Below, piece after piece: positions 21,146 through 31,174 of a stretch of DNA of 64,000 nucleotides. The notes below the pieces were generated by a model that searched no databases, was not told the DNA's origin, and saw nothing but the letters and a program-made list of their open reading frames with translations. The stretch covers positions 10,873-74,872 of the forward strand of contig RFHH01000119.1 in assembly GCA_003696075.1 (NCBI GenBank). The letters run 5' to 3'. Source of the DNA: Acidobacteriota bacterium (GTDB lineage Bacteria > Acidobacteriota > Polarisedimenticolia > J045). The translations under genes were made by a program, and so were the position numbers. Within the stretch, counting starts at the first letter, position 1; every line of letters starts with the position of its first letter.

Positions 21146-22059
21146 CGTTCTTCCTTGTCGTGCCGGCAGGACGCGCGCCGGAATCGGGCGTAGCGCGAGG
21201 CGGGCTGCAGCCCGAGCCGCTCCAGCCAGAGGGCGGTCTCGACGAGGGCGTCGAGGTCGACTTCCGTCGGCACCCCTTCCCCGTCGAGAAGCTGGACGAG
21301 GTCCTCGGTGGCGACGTTCCCCGCCGCGCCGGGAGCATAGGGGCAACCGCCGAGTCCGCCCACCGAGCCGTCGAGGATGCGAACGCCCTCCTCCAGCGCT
21401 ATGTAGGCGTTGACGAGGCCGAGGCCGCGCGTGTCGTGCAGATGGAGGGCCACCCGTTCCGGTCCGAGGCGCTCGATCGCGAGTCTCGCCAGCCGGCGCA
21501 CGGCGCGCGGGGTGCCGGCGCCGATCGTGTCGCCCAGGGAGACCTGGACCGCGCCGAGCTCGGCGAGCCGCTCCGCGAGGCCGATCACTTCCCCCTCGTC
21601 GATCGCTCCTTCGTAGGGGCATCCCAGGGCGGTGGAGACGTAGGCCCGGAGCGCGACCCCGGATTCCCTGCAGGCGCGGGCGATCCGCGCGATCTCGGCC
21701 ATCGACTCCTCCCGGGAACGGTTGAGGTTCTTCCGGTTGTGCGTCTCGCTGGCCGACACGACGACGGCCACCCGCCGGACGCCCGCTTCGACGGCGAGCT
21801 CGTAGCCCTTCACGTTCGGGACCAGAGCCCAGAAGCGGACGCCCTCGCGCTCCCCGAGGAGTTCGGCGACCCGATCCGTCTCGGCCATCTGGGGCACCCA
21901 CCGCGGATGGACGAAGCTTCCGATCTCGATGTCCCGGAGCCCGCAGGCCGCGAGCCGTTGCACGAGCTCGGCCCGCTGATCGGGAGACAGGAGCGTGGGC
22001 TCGTTCTGAAGGCCGTCGCGCGGGCCGACCTCGTACAGCGTGACGGTCCCGGGTGGCAT
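21142..22059 (-). CDS. Hydroxymethylglutaryl-CoA lyase family (DRE-TIM metallolyase)
   Basis: VTLYEVGPRDGLQNE and HLHDTRGLG…GGLGGCPYA motifs. Confidence 0.88.
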   Translation of the reverse strand: MPPGTVTLYEVGPRDGLQNEPTLLSPDQRAELVQRLAACGLRDIEIGSFVHPRWVPQMAETDRVAELLGEREGVRFWALVPNVKGYELAVEAGVRRVAVVVSASETHNRKNLNRSREESMAEIARIARACRESGVALRAYVSTALGCPYEGAIDEGEVIGLAERLAELGAVQVSLGDTIGAGTPRAVRRLARLAIERLGPERVALHLHDTRGLGLVNAYIALEEGVRILDGSVGGLGGCPYAPGAAGNVATEDLVQLLDGEGVPTEVDLDALVETALWLERLGLQPASRYARFRRASCRHDKEER

Positions 22060-22169
22060 TCGCCGCGGGGATCGGTTCTGGTTCGATCGGACCATGGCCG
22101 CCTCGGCGCGCGTGGCGGCGCGAGCCTATCGGAGAGCCGCCGAAACCCGCAACACCGGCCCCGAACGTG

Positions 22170-23507
22170 TCAGCCGAGCCGGGCTTGCCGCAGGATCTCT
22201 CGCAGCCGCGGGCGCGAGCCGCCCAGAAGGAGCCCGATGCGGAACAGTCGCGCGCCGAACCGGATCCCGAACCAGGTGCTGGCCGCCAGCAGTGCGAGGG
22301 AGCCCGCGATCTCCCACCAGCGCACGCCCTCCGGCTCGAGCGCGAGGCGCAGCAGCACCGTGATTCCCGAGCTGAACGGGAACCAGGTGAGCGCCCGTGC
22401 CACCGGCCCGTTGGGATCCGGAATCATGATGCCGAGAAACATCACCGGCAGCGCCACCAGCATCGTCCAGAGCATCGACCACTGCTGGCTCTCGCGCATC
22501 GTGCCCCCGAGGGATCCGGTGCCGAGCATCAGGCTTCCCAGCAGCGCGTATGTGGCCAGGAAGTAGGGCACGGCCAGGCCGGCCGCGGCCCAGGGCAGGC
22601 TCACCCCAGCCGCCGCGAGAGCACCGGCGAAGAGGACGCCGGCCAGGATCAGCAGTCCGAGCCAGACGGCGACCTGGAGCAGGGCCGCGGAACCGAGACC
22701 GACGAGCTTCCCCAGGAGGATCTCGTCGGGGTCGGCGCTGGCGAGAAGCACCTCGACCACGCGGTTTTCCTTTTCGAGGGCTGTGCCCTGGACGAGGTAA
22801 CCGGCGCTGATCATCAGGGACACGAAGAGCATGATCGTGAACACGATCGGGACGAGGGTCGCCGCCGCCTTCCCCAGCCGACTGTACGGCTTGATCGCGC
22901 CCGACTCGTCCATCATGAGGCGCTCGGTCCGCACGACCGGCTGCTTCACCCTCTCGAGGATCTCCTCCTCCACCTTTCCCTCGAGAAGACGCCGGCGCAC
23001 CAGCGAGGCGAACGCCGATCCGGCCTGCACCCTGTCCCCGAAGCCCGTCTCCCGCTGGACGAACCGAACCGCCCCCGTCTGCAGGTAATCGCTGCCCAGA
23101 ACGTAGTAGGCGTCGATCCGGCCGTCCGCGAGGGCCTCTTTCGCCTCGTCCTCAGCGGCGGCAGGGGTGAACACGATCCGGCCCACCGCCAGCGCGGGCG
23201 CCCTGGGGTTCATCGACCGCGCCCGCTCGATCGCTTCCCGGACTTCCGGCGGCAGCTCCACGGCGGGCTCTTCGATCCGCGAGACCAGGCCGATCGCGCC
23301 CCCCTCGTCGACGACGGCCACCACACGCGGCCGCGACGCCCGGGCCTCCACTCTCTTGTTGACGAAGGCGCCGAGGCCCGCGATGAACCCGCCGTAGAGA
23401 ATCACGAACACCGGCATTCCGAACGTCGCCACCAGGTAGCCGACCCGGCGAACCGTGGACAGGAACTCGAAGGAGGCCACCACCCCCGCCTTGCGCGGCC
23501 GGATCAT
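22170..23507 (-). CDS. ABC-2 family transporter permease
   Basis: 445 aa. N-terminal TM, a large periplasmic loop, and a C-terminal 5-TM bundle. Translationally coupled (ATGA) to the upstream ATPase. Confidence 0.8.
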   Translation of the reverse strand: MIRPRKAGVVASFEFLSTVRRVGYLVATFGMPVFVILYGGFIAGLGAFVNKRVEARASRPRVVAVVDEGGAIGLVSRIEEPAVELPPEVREAIERARSMNPRAPALAVGRIVFTPAAAEDEAKEALADGRIDAYYVLGSDYLQTGAVRFVQRETGFGDRVQAGSAFASLVRRRLLEGKVEEEILERVKQPVVRTERLMMDESGAIKPYSRLGKAAATLVPIVFTIMLFVSLMISAGYLVQGTALEKENRVVEVLLASADPDEILLGKLVGLGSAALLQVAVWLGLLILAGVLFAGALAAAGVSLPWAAAGLAVPYFLATYALLGSLMLGTGSLGGTMRESQQWSMLWTMLVALPVMFLGIMIPDPNGPVARALTWFPFSSGITVLLRLALEPEGVRWWEIAGSLALLAASTWFGIRFGARLFRIGLLLGGSRPRLREILRQARLG

Positions 23508-24415
23508 CGCCCTTCCCCCCCGACGAGCGCGATGAAGATGTCCTCCATCGGCGCCAGGACACGTTCGTAGCGGTACACCTCCGCGCCTGTGGCCACGAGC
23601 TGTTGCAGGATCCGCGCCCCGTCGCCCGTGTCCCGCAGCCGGATCCTCCAGGTGTGGTCTCCCTCGGGACGGACCTCGGCGACCCCGTCCAGCGGCGGCA
23701 GTTCACCTTCGAGGGCGATCCGCACTTCCGGAGGCGAGTGGCGCCGGCGGATGTCGCCGACCTCCCCGTAGAGGACGAGACGACCGCGATGGATCATCGC
23801 CACCCGGTCGCACAACTCCTCGACCATGTTCATCTGGTGCGTCGACAGGATGGTGGTGGCGCCGCTGTCTTTCCGCTCGCGAATCAGATCCTTCACCAAG
23901 CGCACGTTCACCGGGTCCAGCCCGGAGAAGGGCTCGTCGAGGATCGCCACTTCGGGATCCGCCAGCAGCGCCGAGACGATCTGCACCTTCTGCGACATCC
24001 CCTTCGACAGCCGCTCGACCTTCCAGCCCGCGACCTCGGGCAAGCCGATCCGTTCCAACCAGCGGTGCGATCGACCGATCGCTTCCCTCCGGCTCAGCCC
24101 CTTCAACGCCGCGAAGTAGGTCAGGACGTCGAGGACCTTCTGCTTGACGTACAGGCCCCGCTCCTCCGGCAGGTAGCCGAAGCGGTCGAGGTACTTCCGC
24201 CGCATCGGCTCTCCCCGGTACAGGACCGTCCCGCGATCCGCGCGGATGATGTCCATCAGGATCCGGATGAGGGTCGTCTTCCCCGCCCCGTTCGGACCGA
24301 GCAGGCCCAGCACCTCACCACCGAAGACGTCGAACGAGACGTCGGCCACGGCCGGCGTGCCTCCGTAGCTCTTGGAGACGTCCCGGAACGAGATGACCGG
24401 CTCAGGAGTCGTCAT
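23504..24415 (-). CDS. ABC transporter ATP-binding protein
   Basis: Walker A GPNGAGKTT, signature LSKGMSQK, Walker B ILDEPFSGLD. Confidence 0.9.
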   Translation of the reverse strand: MTTPEPVISFRDVSKSYGGTPAVADVSFDVFGGEVLGLLGPNGAGKTTLIRILMDIIRADRGTVLYRGEPMRRKYLDRFGYLPEERGLYVKQKVLDVLTYFAALKGLSRREAIGRSHRWLERIGLPEVAGWKVERLSKGMSQKVQIVSALLADPEVAILDEPFSGLDPVNVRLVKDLIRERKDSGATTILSTHQMNMVEELCDRVAMIHRGRLVLYGEVGDIRRRHSPPEVRIALEGELPPLDGVAEVRPEGDHTWRIRLRDTGDGARILQQLVATGAEVYRYERVLAPMEDIFIALVGGEGR

Positions 24416-25226
24416 CTGGCTTCCTGTGTTTGTCGAACAGGCCCGCGGGGGCCTCCGGCGGCCCGCCTTCCGGTATCCCCGCCACGCGCGCCACCCACTC
24501 CGTCTGGTGCAGCAGGGCCCGGATCACGCGGACGTCATACTCGGTGAGCAGCGCCCGGCCGAGCATCTGCCGCCACCGCCGCAGGATCGCGTCCGGGTTC
24601 TGCGCGTGCAGGTATCCGATCCGCGACCATACGCGGCGGGCATGCCGGAACATCTCTTCGACCTGCTCGACCGGTGCCGGTTCCACGGCGAGCGGTCGGG
24701 GCCCGGTTCCCAGATCGGCCCTGGCGCGGCGCGCGAGCACGTACCCCACGACGGCGACGGCGTGGGCGAGGTTCAGGGACGGGCCGGCCGGATCGGAGGG
24801 GATCCAGAGGAGCCGCTGGCAGCGATCGACTTCCGCCGTGGACAGCCCGTGCGCCTCGCGGCCGAAGAGGATCGCCGTCTCGTAGGGAGCTCGCCAGGGT
24901 TTCGTCTCGTCGAAGACCTCCTCGGGCGTGAGCCCGGGGCCGCGGCGCTTGCCCAGCCGGCGGGAGGTGCCGATCACCAGACGGCAGCCGGCGACCGCCT
25001 CGTCGAGCGTGGCGACCCTCTCGGCTCCGCGCAGGACGGGCTCCCCTTCCTCCCGGGCGTACCAGCGGGCCTCGTCCGCCTCGGGGTCGGCCCTCCCCCC
25101 CACCAGCACCAGCCGGGACAAGCCGAAGTTCCGCATGGCGCGCGCCACCTGGCCGAGGTTCCCGTGATACCTCGGCTCGACGAGCACGATGCGGATGCGC
25201 TGCAACTTGTCGACGAGGCTTTCCAC
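24402..25226 (-). CDS. SpoU/TrmJ-like tRNA/rRNA 2'-O-methyltransferase
   Basis: SPOUT fold motifs (IVLVEPRYHGNLGQVARAM…FGREAHGLS…LNLAHAVAV). Confidence 0.8.
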   Translation of the reverse strand: MESLVDKLQRIRIVLVEPRYHGNLGQVARAMRNFGLSRLVLVGGRADPEADEARWYAREEGEPVLRGAERVATLDEAVAGCRLVIGTSRRLGKRRGPGLTPEEVFDETKPWRAPYETAILFGREAHGLSTAEVDRCQRLLWIPSDPAGPSLNLAHAVAVVGYVLARRARADLGTGPRPLAVEPAPVEQVEEMFRHARRVWSRIGYLHAQNPDAILRRWRQMLGRALLTEYDVRVIRALLHQTEWVARVAGIPEGGPPEAPAGLFDKHRKPDDDS

Positions 25227-25265
25227 CGCCGCTCCGCGCCGCCCCGCGGGCGGCCCGCCGACAGG

Positions 25266-26849
25266 TTACGCGAAATCGGCGAGGTCGAGGGAGGGGAACA
25301 GGCCGTCGCGCTCCTCGCAAAGTTCGAGAAACCGGCGATCGTCGCCCTCCAGGGCCACCCGTCCGAGCATCCCGTCCAGGCGGTTGAACCGCTGCACGTG
25401 CTCCGTGAAGCGGCGAGTGGCGTACTCGACCGCCGTCCCGGTGCTCATGAGGAACGGCCAGTCGCTCGCCTGCGCCAGCATCGCCTCCCGCACCGCCTGC
25501 CGGAGGATGCGCCCCTTCGCGGCATCGCCGGGATCGCGCTCCTCCAGGCGTGCGGCCAGCCGCTCGCCGATCCCGGTGAGGTGCGGCAGGCACCACTCGT
25601 TCGACTCGTCGAGCCAGACGGCGAGATGCCCGCCGGCCCCCCACGAACTCGGCTCGAGGTCGACGACCTGGAGCGCGCCGGCGCGGGCGAGCACGTCGCC
25701 CGGAGTGGCGGGGTCGAGATCGTCCGCCGCGGCGAGGCTCCGGAAGACACGCTCCAGGAACCAGGGACCCTCGAACCACCAGTGGCCGAACAGCTCCGCA
25801 TCGTAGGGGCAGAACAGCACCGGAGGCCGGTCCATCCGGGAGGCCTGGTCCCGGGCCTGCTCCCGGCGCCTCGCCACGAAGTGATCGCCGTGCTCGAGGG
25901 CGCGGGCTCGCGCCGCGCGGGGATCGTAGGGTTCCTTGGCCTCGGTCTCGCCGGTGATCCGGTAGTACTTCAATCCCGTGAACATCCTCTGCCCCGAGGG
26001 ATCGATGAAGGGCGCGATCTGCTCGAACGGGAGGTCCCACCCGACGTCGCGGTAGAACTCGCGGTAAACGGGGTCGCCGGGGTAGCCGCCGCGCGCCGAC
26101 CACACCTCCCGCGCCGACGCCACGTCCCGGGCGAACACGGCCACGCCGTGCTCCGTCCAGCAGGGGGCGTAGATGCCGTAGCGCGGGGAGGGGCTCGCGC
26201 TCAGCAGGCCGTGGGCATCGACGGCGAACCAGCGCAGATCGGCCTCGGCGAGGTACCGGTCCAGCGGAGGGGCGTAGGCACACTCCGGAAGCCAGATGCC
26301 CCGGGGCCGGCGGCCGAAGATCCGCTCGTGCTCGCGGACGGCCGTGCGGATCTGACCGCGCGCCAGCTCCGGGCGATCCAGCAACGAGGGCAGGATCGGG
26401 TGCGTCGCGGCGCAGGTGGCCAGCTCGAGCAGCCCGGCGCGCTCGAGCCGGGCCAGTTCTCCGTTCAGGTCGCGCCCCAGCCGCTCGTAGAGGTCGAGCA
26501 GGCGCGTGAGACGCTTCCGGTAGAAGGCGACCACGTCCGAGAAGGCGCGGTCACCGCGGGTGCGCTCCTCCTCCTGCCGGCACAGCCGGAGCAGGCGCGC
26601 GCCGAACTCGGCCGTGCGACCGCGCAGCAGCGGATCCTCGAGCATCGCTGCGAGGGTGGGCGAGACGTCGACCGTGAGCCTCACCGGCACCCCGTCCCGC
26701 TCGAGCGCGCGCAGCGCCTCCACCAGCGGGAGGTAGCACTCGAACACCGCCTCGAACAGCCAGTGCTCTTCCAGGAAGAAAGGAAGTTCCGGGTGGCGCA
26801 CCCACGGGAGGTGCGCGTGGAGGAGGACGACCAGCTCTCCGCGCTTCAC
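25266..26849 (-). CDS. GH57-family 1,4-alpha-glucan branching enzyme
   Basis: GH57 signatures (VVLLHAHLPW, WLPECAY, PYDAELFGHWWFEGP). Probable GTG start at 26849, overlapping the stop of the upstream DUF4912 gene (GTGA). Confidence 0.85.
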   Translation of the reverse strand: MKRGELVVLLHAHLPWVRHPELPFFLEEHWLFEAVFECYLPLVEALRALERDGVPVRLTVDVSPTLAAMLEDPLLRGRTAEFGARLLRLCRQEEERTRGDRAFSDVVAFYRKRLTRLLDLYERLGRDLNGELARLERAGLLELATCAATHPILPSLLDRPELARGQIRTAVREHERIFGRRPRGIWLPECAYAPPLDRYLAEADLRWFAVDAHGLLSASPSPRYGIYAPCWTEHGVAVFARDVASAREVWSARGGYPGDPVYREFYRDVGWDLPFEQIAPFIDPSGQRMFTGLKYYRITGETEAKEPYDPRAARARALEHGDHFVARRREQARDQASRMDRPPVLFCPYDAELFGHWWFEGPWFLERVFRSLAAADDLDPATPGDVLARAGALQVVDLEPSSWGAGGHLAVWLDESNEWCLPHLTGIGERLAARLEERDPGDAAKGRILRQAVREAMLAQASDWPFLMSTGTAVEYATRRFTEHVQRFNRLDGMLGRVALEGDDRRFLELCEERDGLFPSLDLADFA

Positions 26850-27589
26850 GCCCCGCGTCCCGAGGGCCGGCCGGGGCCGCCCCAGGAGGAGCCCGGAGGT
26901 CCGCCGGCCCCCTCCTCGGGCGGGGCGGCGCCCGGCGCCCCGAGGGGACGCGGCCGGGAAACGCCTTCGCACCGCCCCGCCTGCGCCGCGATCTCCAATC
27001 GCTCGAGGAGCCGCGCCGCGGGGCGGTCGCCCCCGCGAGGCGGGGGCGCGTGGCCGGGGATCGCGGGCGGTTCGCCGCGGACCAGTGCCCGCCGGTCGAG
27101 ATCGGGCGGCAAGGCGAGCGCCTCGGGCGTGCCGCCGCCCGAAGGCCGGTGCCGGGCCGCGCGGACGGGACAGGACCGGGCGATCGGGCCCGGCGGAAGC
27201 GCGGCTCCGTCGAGAACGAGCTCTCCCGTCCAGACCCCCCCTTCTCCGGGCACCTCGAGAGAAAGGATCCCTCCGCGGCGGCCCAGGCGCCGCCGGAGGC
27301 GGGGTTCACCGTGGCCGTCGCGGACGACGAGGAGGAGGTTCCGCCAGCCGTCCCGCTCCCCCGCCTGCACGGCGTCCGGATCGTTCACTTCCCAGACCAC
27401 GAGCAGGGTGGAGGGGTCCCGCGCGAGCAGCCTGAGGTAGGTGAGCCGGTAGCCGGCCGGCGGGGGGCCGAGCGCCTCGGCCAGGACCGGAGCGTGCGGC
27501 CCCAGGTCGAAGCGCGCGGTCTCCGCCCGGAGTTGACCGTGCCCCTCCGCCGGGGGCTCCCCGCCGCGAGCTTCTCTCTCGCCGGACAT
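26846..27589 (-). CDS. DUF4912-like protein (commonly paired with GH57 branching enzymes)
   Basis: 247 aa, Pro/Gly-rich. Conserved YRLTYLRLLARDPSTLLVVWEVND block. The family assignment is from memory and not verifiable here. Confidence 0.5.
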   Translation of the reverse strand: MSGEREARGGEPPAEGHGQLRAETARFDLGPHAPVLAEALGPPPAGYRLTYLRLLARDPSTLLVVWEVNDPDAVQAGERDGWRNLLLVVRDGHGEPRLRRRLGRRGGILSLEVPGEGGVWTGELVLDGAALPPGPIARSCPVRAARHRPSGGGTPEALALPPDLDRRALVRGEPPAIPGHAPPPRGGDRPAARLLERLEIAAQAGRCEGVSRPRPLGAPGAAPPEEGAGGPPGSSWGGPGRPSGRGA

Positions 27590-27595
27590 CGCGCG

Positions 27596-28630
27596 TCAGC
27601 GGCTGGCGCCGGACCCCGCGCGAGTCCCTCCCAGCCAGGCCGACCAGTCTTCCGTCTCGCCGACCTGCACGGCGAGGATCTCGCCGTCCCCCGACACGAG
27701 GAACGACGTCGGGGTGCGGGTCACGAGGAGCGTCTTTCCGGCGGCGTTGCGGACGTCCAGCAGGTGTTTCCAGGGATAGGACTCGATCAGCGGAGCGGCC
27801 GCGCGGCGCAGCGCCTCGGCGTCGGCGCGGGCCACATCGACGACGACGAGATCGTCGGGACGGTGCTCTTCGTACCAGCGTCCGAGCACCGGAAGCGCCC
27901 GCTTGCAGTGGGGACAGATCGGAGACCAGTAGAAAAGCAGCAACCGCTTGCCGGGAACGAGGAAGTCGGTGAGCCGCCGCCAGGTGGAGCCGTCCAGCTC
28001 CGTGACCGCGACGCCCGGAAGCTTCGACCCGAGCAGCCGGTACGCCGGCTGGTACTCGAGGACACCGAGCGTGGGCACCGCCTTCCCCTTCGCAGCGAGC
28101 GCGAGCGCCTGCAGAATCGAAACGCCGTCCTTGTTGGCCTGCGAAATGTCGGAGCCGCCGACGAGCCGCAGAACGCCCCCGGCGTCGATGAGCGCGAACG
28201 AGGGAGCGCGGCGCACTCCGAGAACGACGGCCAGGTCGCCCCGGTCGATCACCGGCTCCACCGCCGACGCCAGCCCGAGCTCCTTCAGGCGCTCGGTCAC
28301 CGACGATTCCGGCTGGCCGGCAGCCAGCACCGCGACCGGCAGGACGGCCGCCTCGGGAGCCGCCTCCCGGGCGCCCGCGATCGCGTCGGCGAGGGCCGCC
28401 TCGGAGACGGGATCGCCCGGACGCCAGTAGACGACGAGCACGGGCCGCACGCCGAGGTACCCGGCCAACGCCTTGCCGGCCGGTCCGGCCTCGCGTTCCA
28501 GGACGGCGGCCGGCACCGCCTCCCCAGGCCGGGTGACGGGACGCGGCCCGCCCTGGGCGAACGCGGCGAGGCACGAAAACCCGGCGAGCAGCGATACGAG
28601 GACGGCGCCGCGAATTGTCTTCTTCGTCAT
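27596..28630 (-). CDS. Secreted thioredoxin-like (TlpA/redoxin) protein with tandem Trx-fold domains
   Basis: Signal peptide ([25 protein letters not shown]). The second domain has WSPICPHC (CxxC). The first domain lacks CxxC. Confidence 0.7.
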   Translation of the reverse strand: MTKKTIRGAVLVSLLAGFSCLAAFAQGGPRPVTRPGEAVPAAVLEREAGPAGKALAGYLGVRPVLVVYWRPGDPVSEAALADAIAGAREAAPEAAVLPVAVLAAGQPESSVTERLKELGLASAVEPVIDRGDLAVVLGVRRAPSFALIDAGGVLRLVGGSDISQANKDGVSILQALALAAKGKAVPTLGVLEYQPAYRLLGSKLPGVAVTELDGSTWRRLTDFLVPGKRLLLFYWSPICPHCKRALPVLGRWYEEHRPDDLVVVDVARADAEALRRAAAPLIESYPWKHLLDVRNAAGKTLLVTRTPTSFLVSGDGEILAVQVGETEDWSAWLGGTRAGSGASR

Positions 28631-28695
28631 CGGGCGGCCATTATAGGGGCGGCTCAGCGCGGCCGCTCGGCCCCGCGCCCCGAGACCGACCGCCG

Positions 28696-29664
28696 ATGGA
28701 ACGCGAAACCGAAACCGGTGAAACCGTCGCCGCCCGTTTCAAGGTCGGTCCGGCCTTCGCCGGATGCCGGCTCGACCGGTTCCTGCAGCGCATGATCCCG
28801 AAGCTGTCGCGCACCCGTGTCCAGCGGGCGATCGCCACGCGCGTCGAGTTGTCGTGGGACGCGCCGGTGAAGCCGTCGACGCCCGTGCAAGTCGGCGGCA
28901 CCGTATCGCTGCTCGATCCCGGCATCGAGGAAGAGGAGATCGCCTTCGATCCACCGGTTCTCTACGAAGACCGGGATATCCTCGCCATCGACAAGCCACC
29001 GGGACTGGTGGTGCACCCCACCCACAGCCACCGGCGGAACACCGTCATCAGTCTGCTGCGCCGCCGGCGGGGGGAGCCCCAGCTCACCCTCGCCCACCGC
29101 CTGGACGCGGAGACCAGCGGCGTGCTTCTCCTCGGGCGCCACCGGTGGGCCGCGCGGCGCCTCCAAACGGCGTTCGAGCGGGCGCGTGTTTCGAAGACCT
29201 ACCTCGCCGTCGTCCGCGGAGCTCCGGCGGCCGACCGCTTTCGCATCGACCTTCCCCTGGGGACTTTCACCAGGGACGGCTTCATCTTCAGGCAGGGTCC
29301 GGAGGCGGAGCGAACGAAGAGCGCCCGGACCGAGGTGAGGGTCGTCCGGCGCCTTGCCGACCGGGCTCTCGTGGAGGTTCGCCCCGAGACGGGGCGGCGG
29401 CACCAGATCCGGGCTCACCTGGCCCTCGCCGGCCACCCGATCCTCGGCGACAAGCTCTACATGCTCCCCGACCGCGACTACCGCCGGCTCCTGCTGTACG
29501 GGAAGCTGCCCGAGGAAGCGGCGGCCCGCCTCGGCGCCGGCCGGCTGTTGCTCCACTCCTTCAGACTCGAGCTGGATCACCCGCGCGAGGGCGGCCGAAT
29601 CTCGCTCGAAGCGCCGATGCCGTCCGACATGCGGGAAGCCCTGCGCGGGGAGCCTTCGGCGTGA
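28696..29664 (+). CDS. RluA-family pseudouridine synthase
   Basis: [14 protein letters not shown] catalytic Asp motif. S4-like N-terminus. ATG 28696. Confidence 0.85.
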   Translation: MERETETGETVAARFKVGPAFAGCRLDRFLQRMIPKLSRTRVQRAIATRVELSWDAPVKPSTPVQVGGTVSLLDPGIEEEEIAFDPPVLYEDRDILAIDKPPGLVVHPTHSHRRNTVISLLRRRRGEPQLTLAHRLDAETSGVLLLGRHRWAARRLQTAFERARVSKTYLAVVRGAPAADRFRIDLPLGTFTRDGFIFRQGPEAERTKSARTEVRVVRRLADRALVEVRPETGRRHQIRAHLALAGHPILGDKLYMLPDRDYRRLLLYGKLPEEAAARLGAGRLLLHSFRLELDHPREGGRISLEAPMPSDMREALRGEPSA

Positions 29665-30317
29665 AGCGGGCCGGCGCGATTCTGGCGGTCGCCCTGCTCG
29701 CCGCTTGCGGCGGACGGACTGCGGTCCGGCCGGCGGAGTCCGCCGCGGCCACGCGGGCCGCGCCGCTCCGCGTGCACATCGTCGCGCCCGGGGAGACGTT
29801 GTGGCGCATCGCGCGCCGCTACGGCGTCGACGTGGAGCGCCTCGCGGCCCTGAACGGGCTCGCCGATCCGAACCGGATCGTCGCGGGACAACGCCTCCTG
29901 CTTCCCCCGGAGGCGGCGCCGGCACCGGAGGCCGCTCCGGCCGCTCGCCCGAGGTGGAGGTGGCCGGTGCGGGGCCCGGTCAGCTCCCTCTTCGGGGCGC
30001 CGAGGGGCGGGAGCCGGCATCAGGGGATCGATATCCTCGTCCCGCCCGGCACGCCGGTCCGGGCCTCCGCGGCGGGCGTGGTGCGGTACGCCGGGCGCCG
30101 CCGCGGCTACGGCCTGCTGGTGGTCGTCGACCACGGGGAGGGGTTCACCACCTGGTACGGTCACAACAGCCGCATCACGGTCCGGGAGGGGGACGCCGTG
30201 GCCGCGGGGGCGCGTGTCGCCCTGAGCGGGGCCAGCGGCAATGCGTCGGCCCCCCATGTCCACTTCGAGGTGAGGCGGAACGGGAAGCCGCTGGATCCGC
30301 TCGCGCTCCTGCCCTGA
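29661..30317 (+). CDS. LysM + M23 peptidase lipoprotein
   Basis: GTG start overlapping the rluA stop (GTGA). Lipobox LLAACGG. LysM ([18 protein letters not shown]) and M23 motifs (HQGIDI…, HVHFEV). Confidence 0.8.
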   Translation: MKRAGAILAVALLAACGGRTAVRPAESAAATRAAPLRVHIVAPGETLWRIARRYGVDVERLAALNGLADPNRIVAGQRLLLPPEAAPAPEAAPAARPRWRWPVRGPVSSLFGAPRGGSRHQGIDILVPPGTPVRASAAGVVRYAGRRRGYGLLVVVDHGEGFTTWYGHNSRITVREGDAVAAGARVALSGASGNASAPHVHFEVRRNGKPLDPLALLP

Positions 30318-30475
30318 GGGCCGCCCTTGCCGGCGCGCCGCCGCCGACCGAACGTTACCTTGCGAGGTCCCTCCCGGCCGGCGGTCGCGCGCGGTTCCCG
30401 CCTCCGGCGGGCGCGGTTCCCCGGCCGGGCAGCTCGGATCGCTCGACCCCGAGGGTCCCGAGAAGGGAGGCGAGT

Positions 30476-31153
30476 GTGGTGCCGGAGCCGCGGAAGGTCG
30501 AAATCCCTTGTCCTGCGTGCGGGCAAACGCACCAGGTGGAAGAGGAGCGTCTCCCCGACAGCGGTGAGCTTCCCTGCCCCGAGTGCGGGGGGACGATCGC
30601 TTTCGCCGCTCCCGCGTCCGCTCCGGCCGCGGCCCCGGCGGCGGCACCGGCGCCGGCCCCCCGCCGGCCGGCGCACGTGGACGACTGGGAAGACGAGGAC
30701 ACCCAGTCGGACGAGGTCGCCTGCCCCGCCTGCGGGCACCGGTTCGACCCGGACCGTGCGCGAGCCGGGCGTGCCACGGTCCTGGTCGTCGAGGACAAAG
30801 AGGTCTTCCTCGGCCTGGCTACCGACGCGCTCGGCCGCCGGTACAACGCCGTCCCCGCCCGCAGCGTCGCGGAGGCGAGGCAGGTTCTCGCGACCCGTCC
30901 GATCGACCTCGTCCTTCTCGACCTGAGCCTGCCGGACGGTGACGGCGTGGACGTGCTCCGCGCCCTCCCGCGCCAGGACATCCCGGTCCTTCTCTACACG
31001 AACGGAGACGAGGGCTCTCTGATGGGAGAGGAGTGGGACCGCCTTCGCGCCCTCGGCGTTCACGACGTGGTGCAGAAGGGCCTCAACATCGACGACGTGC
31101 TGCTGGCGAAGGCTGCCAATCTTCTCGGGGCGTCCGCCCCCGCCGGACACTGA
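30476..31153 (+). CDS. Zinc-ribbon domain fused to response-regulator receiver domain
   Basis: GGGAGG Shine-Dalgarno sequence 7 nt upstream of GTG. The N-terminus has CPACG…CPECGG and CPACGH (double CxxC zinc ribbon). C-terminal REC domain (VLVVEDKE…LVLLDLSLPDGDG…). Confidence 0.7.
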   Translation: MVPEPRKVEIPCPACGQTHQVEEERLPDSGELPCPECGGTIAFAAPASAPAAAPAAAPAPAPRRPAHVDDWEDEDTQSDEVACPACGHRFDPDRARAGRATVLVVEDKEVFLGLATDALGRRYNAVPARSVAEARQVLATRPIDLVLLDLSLPDGDGVDVLRALPRQDIPVLLYTNGDEGSLMGEEWDRLRALGVHDVVQKGLNIDDVLLAKAANLLGASAPAGH

Positions 31154-31174
31154 CGGCGGCAGCCCGGCGCGGCT

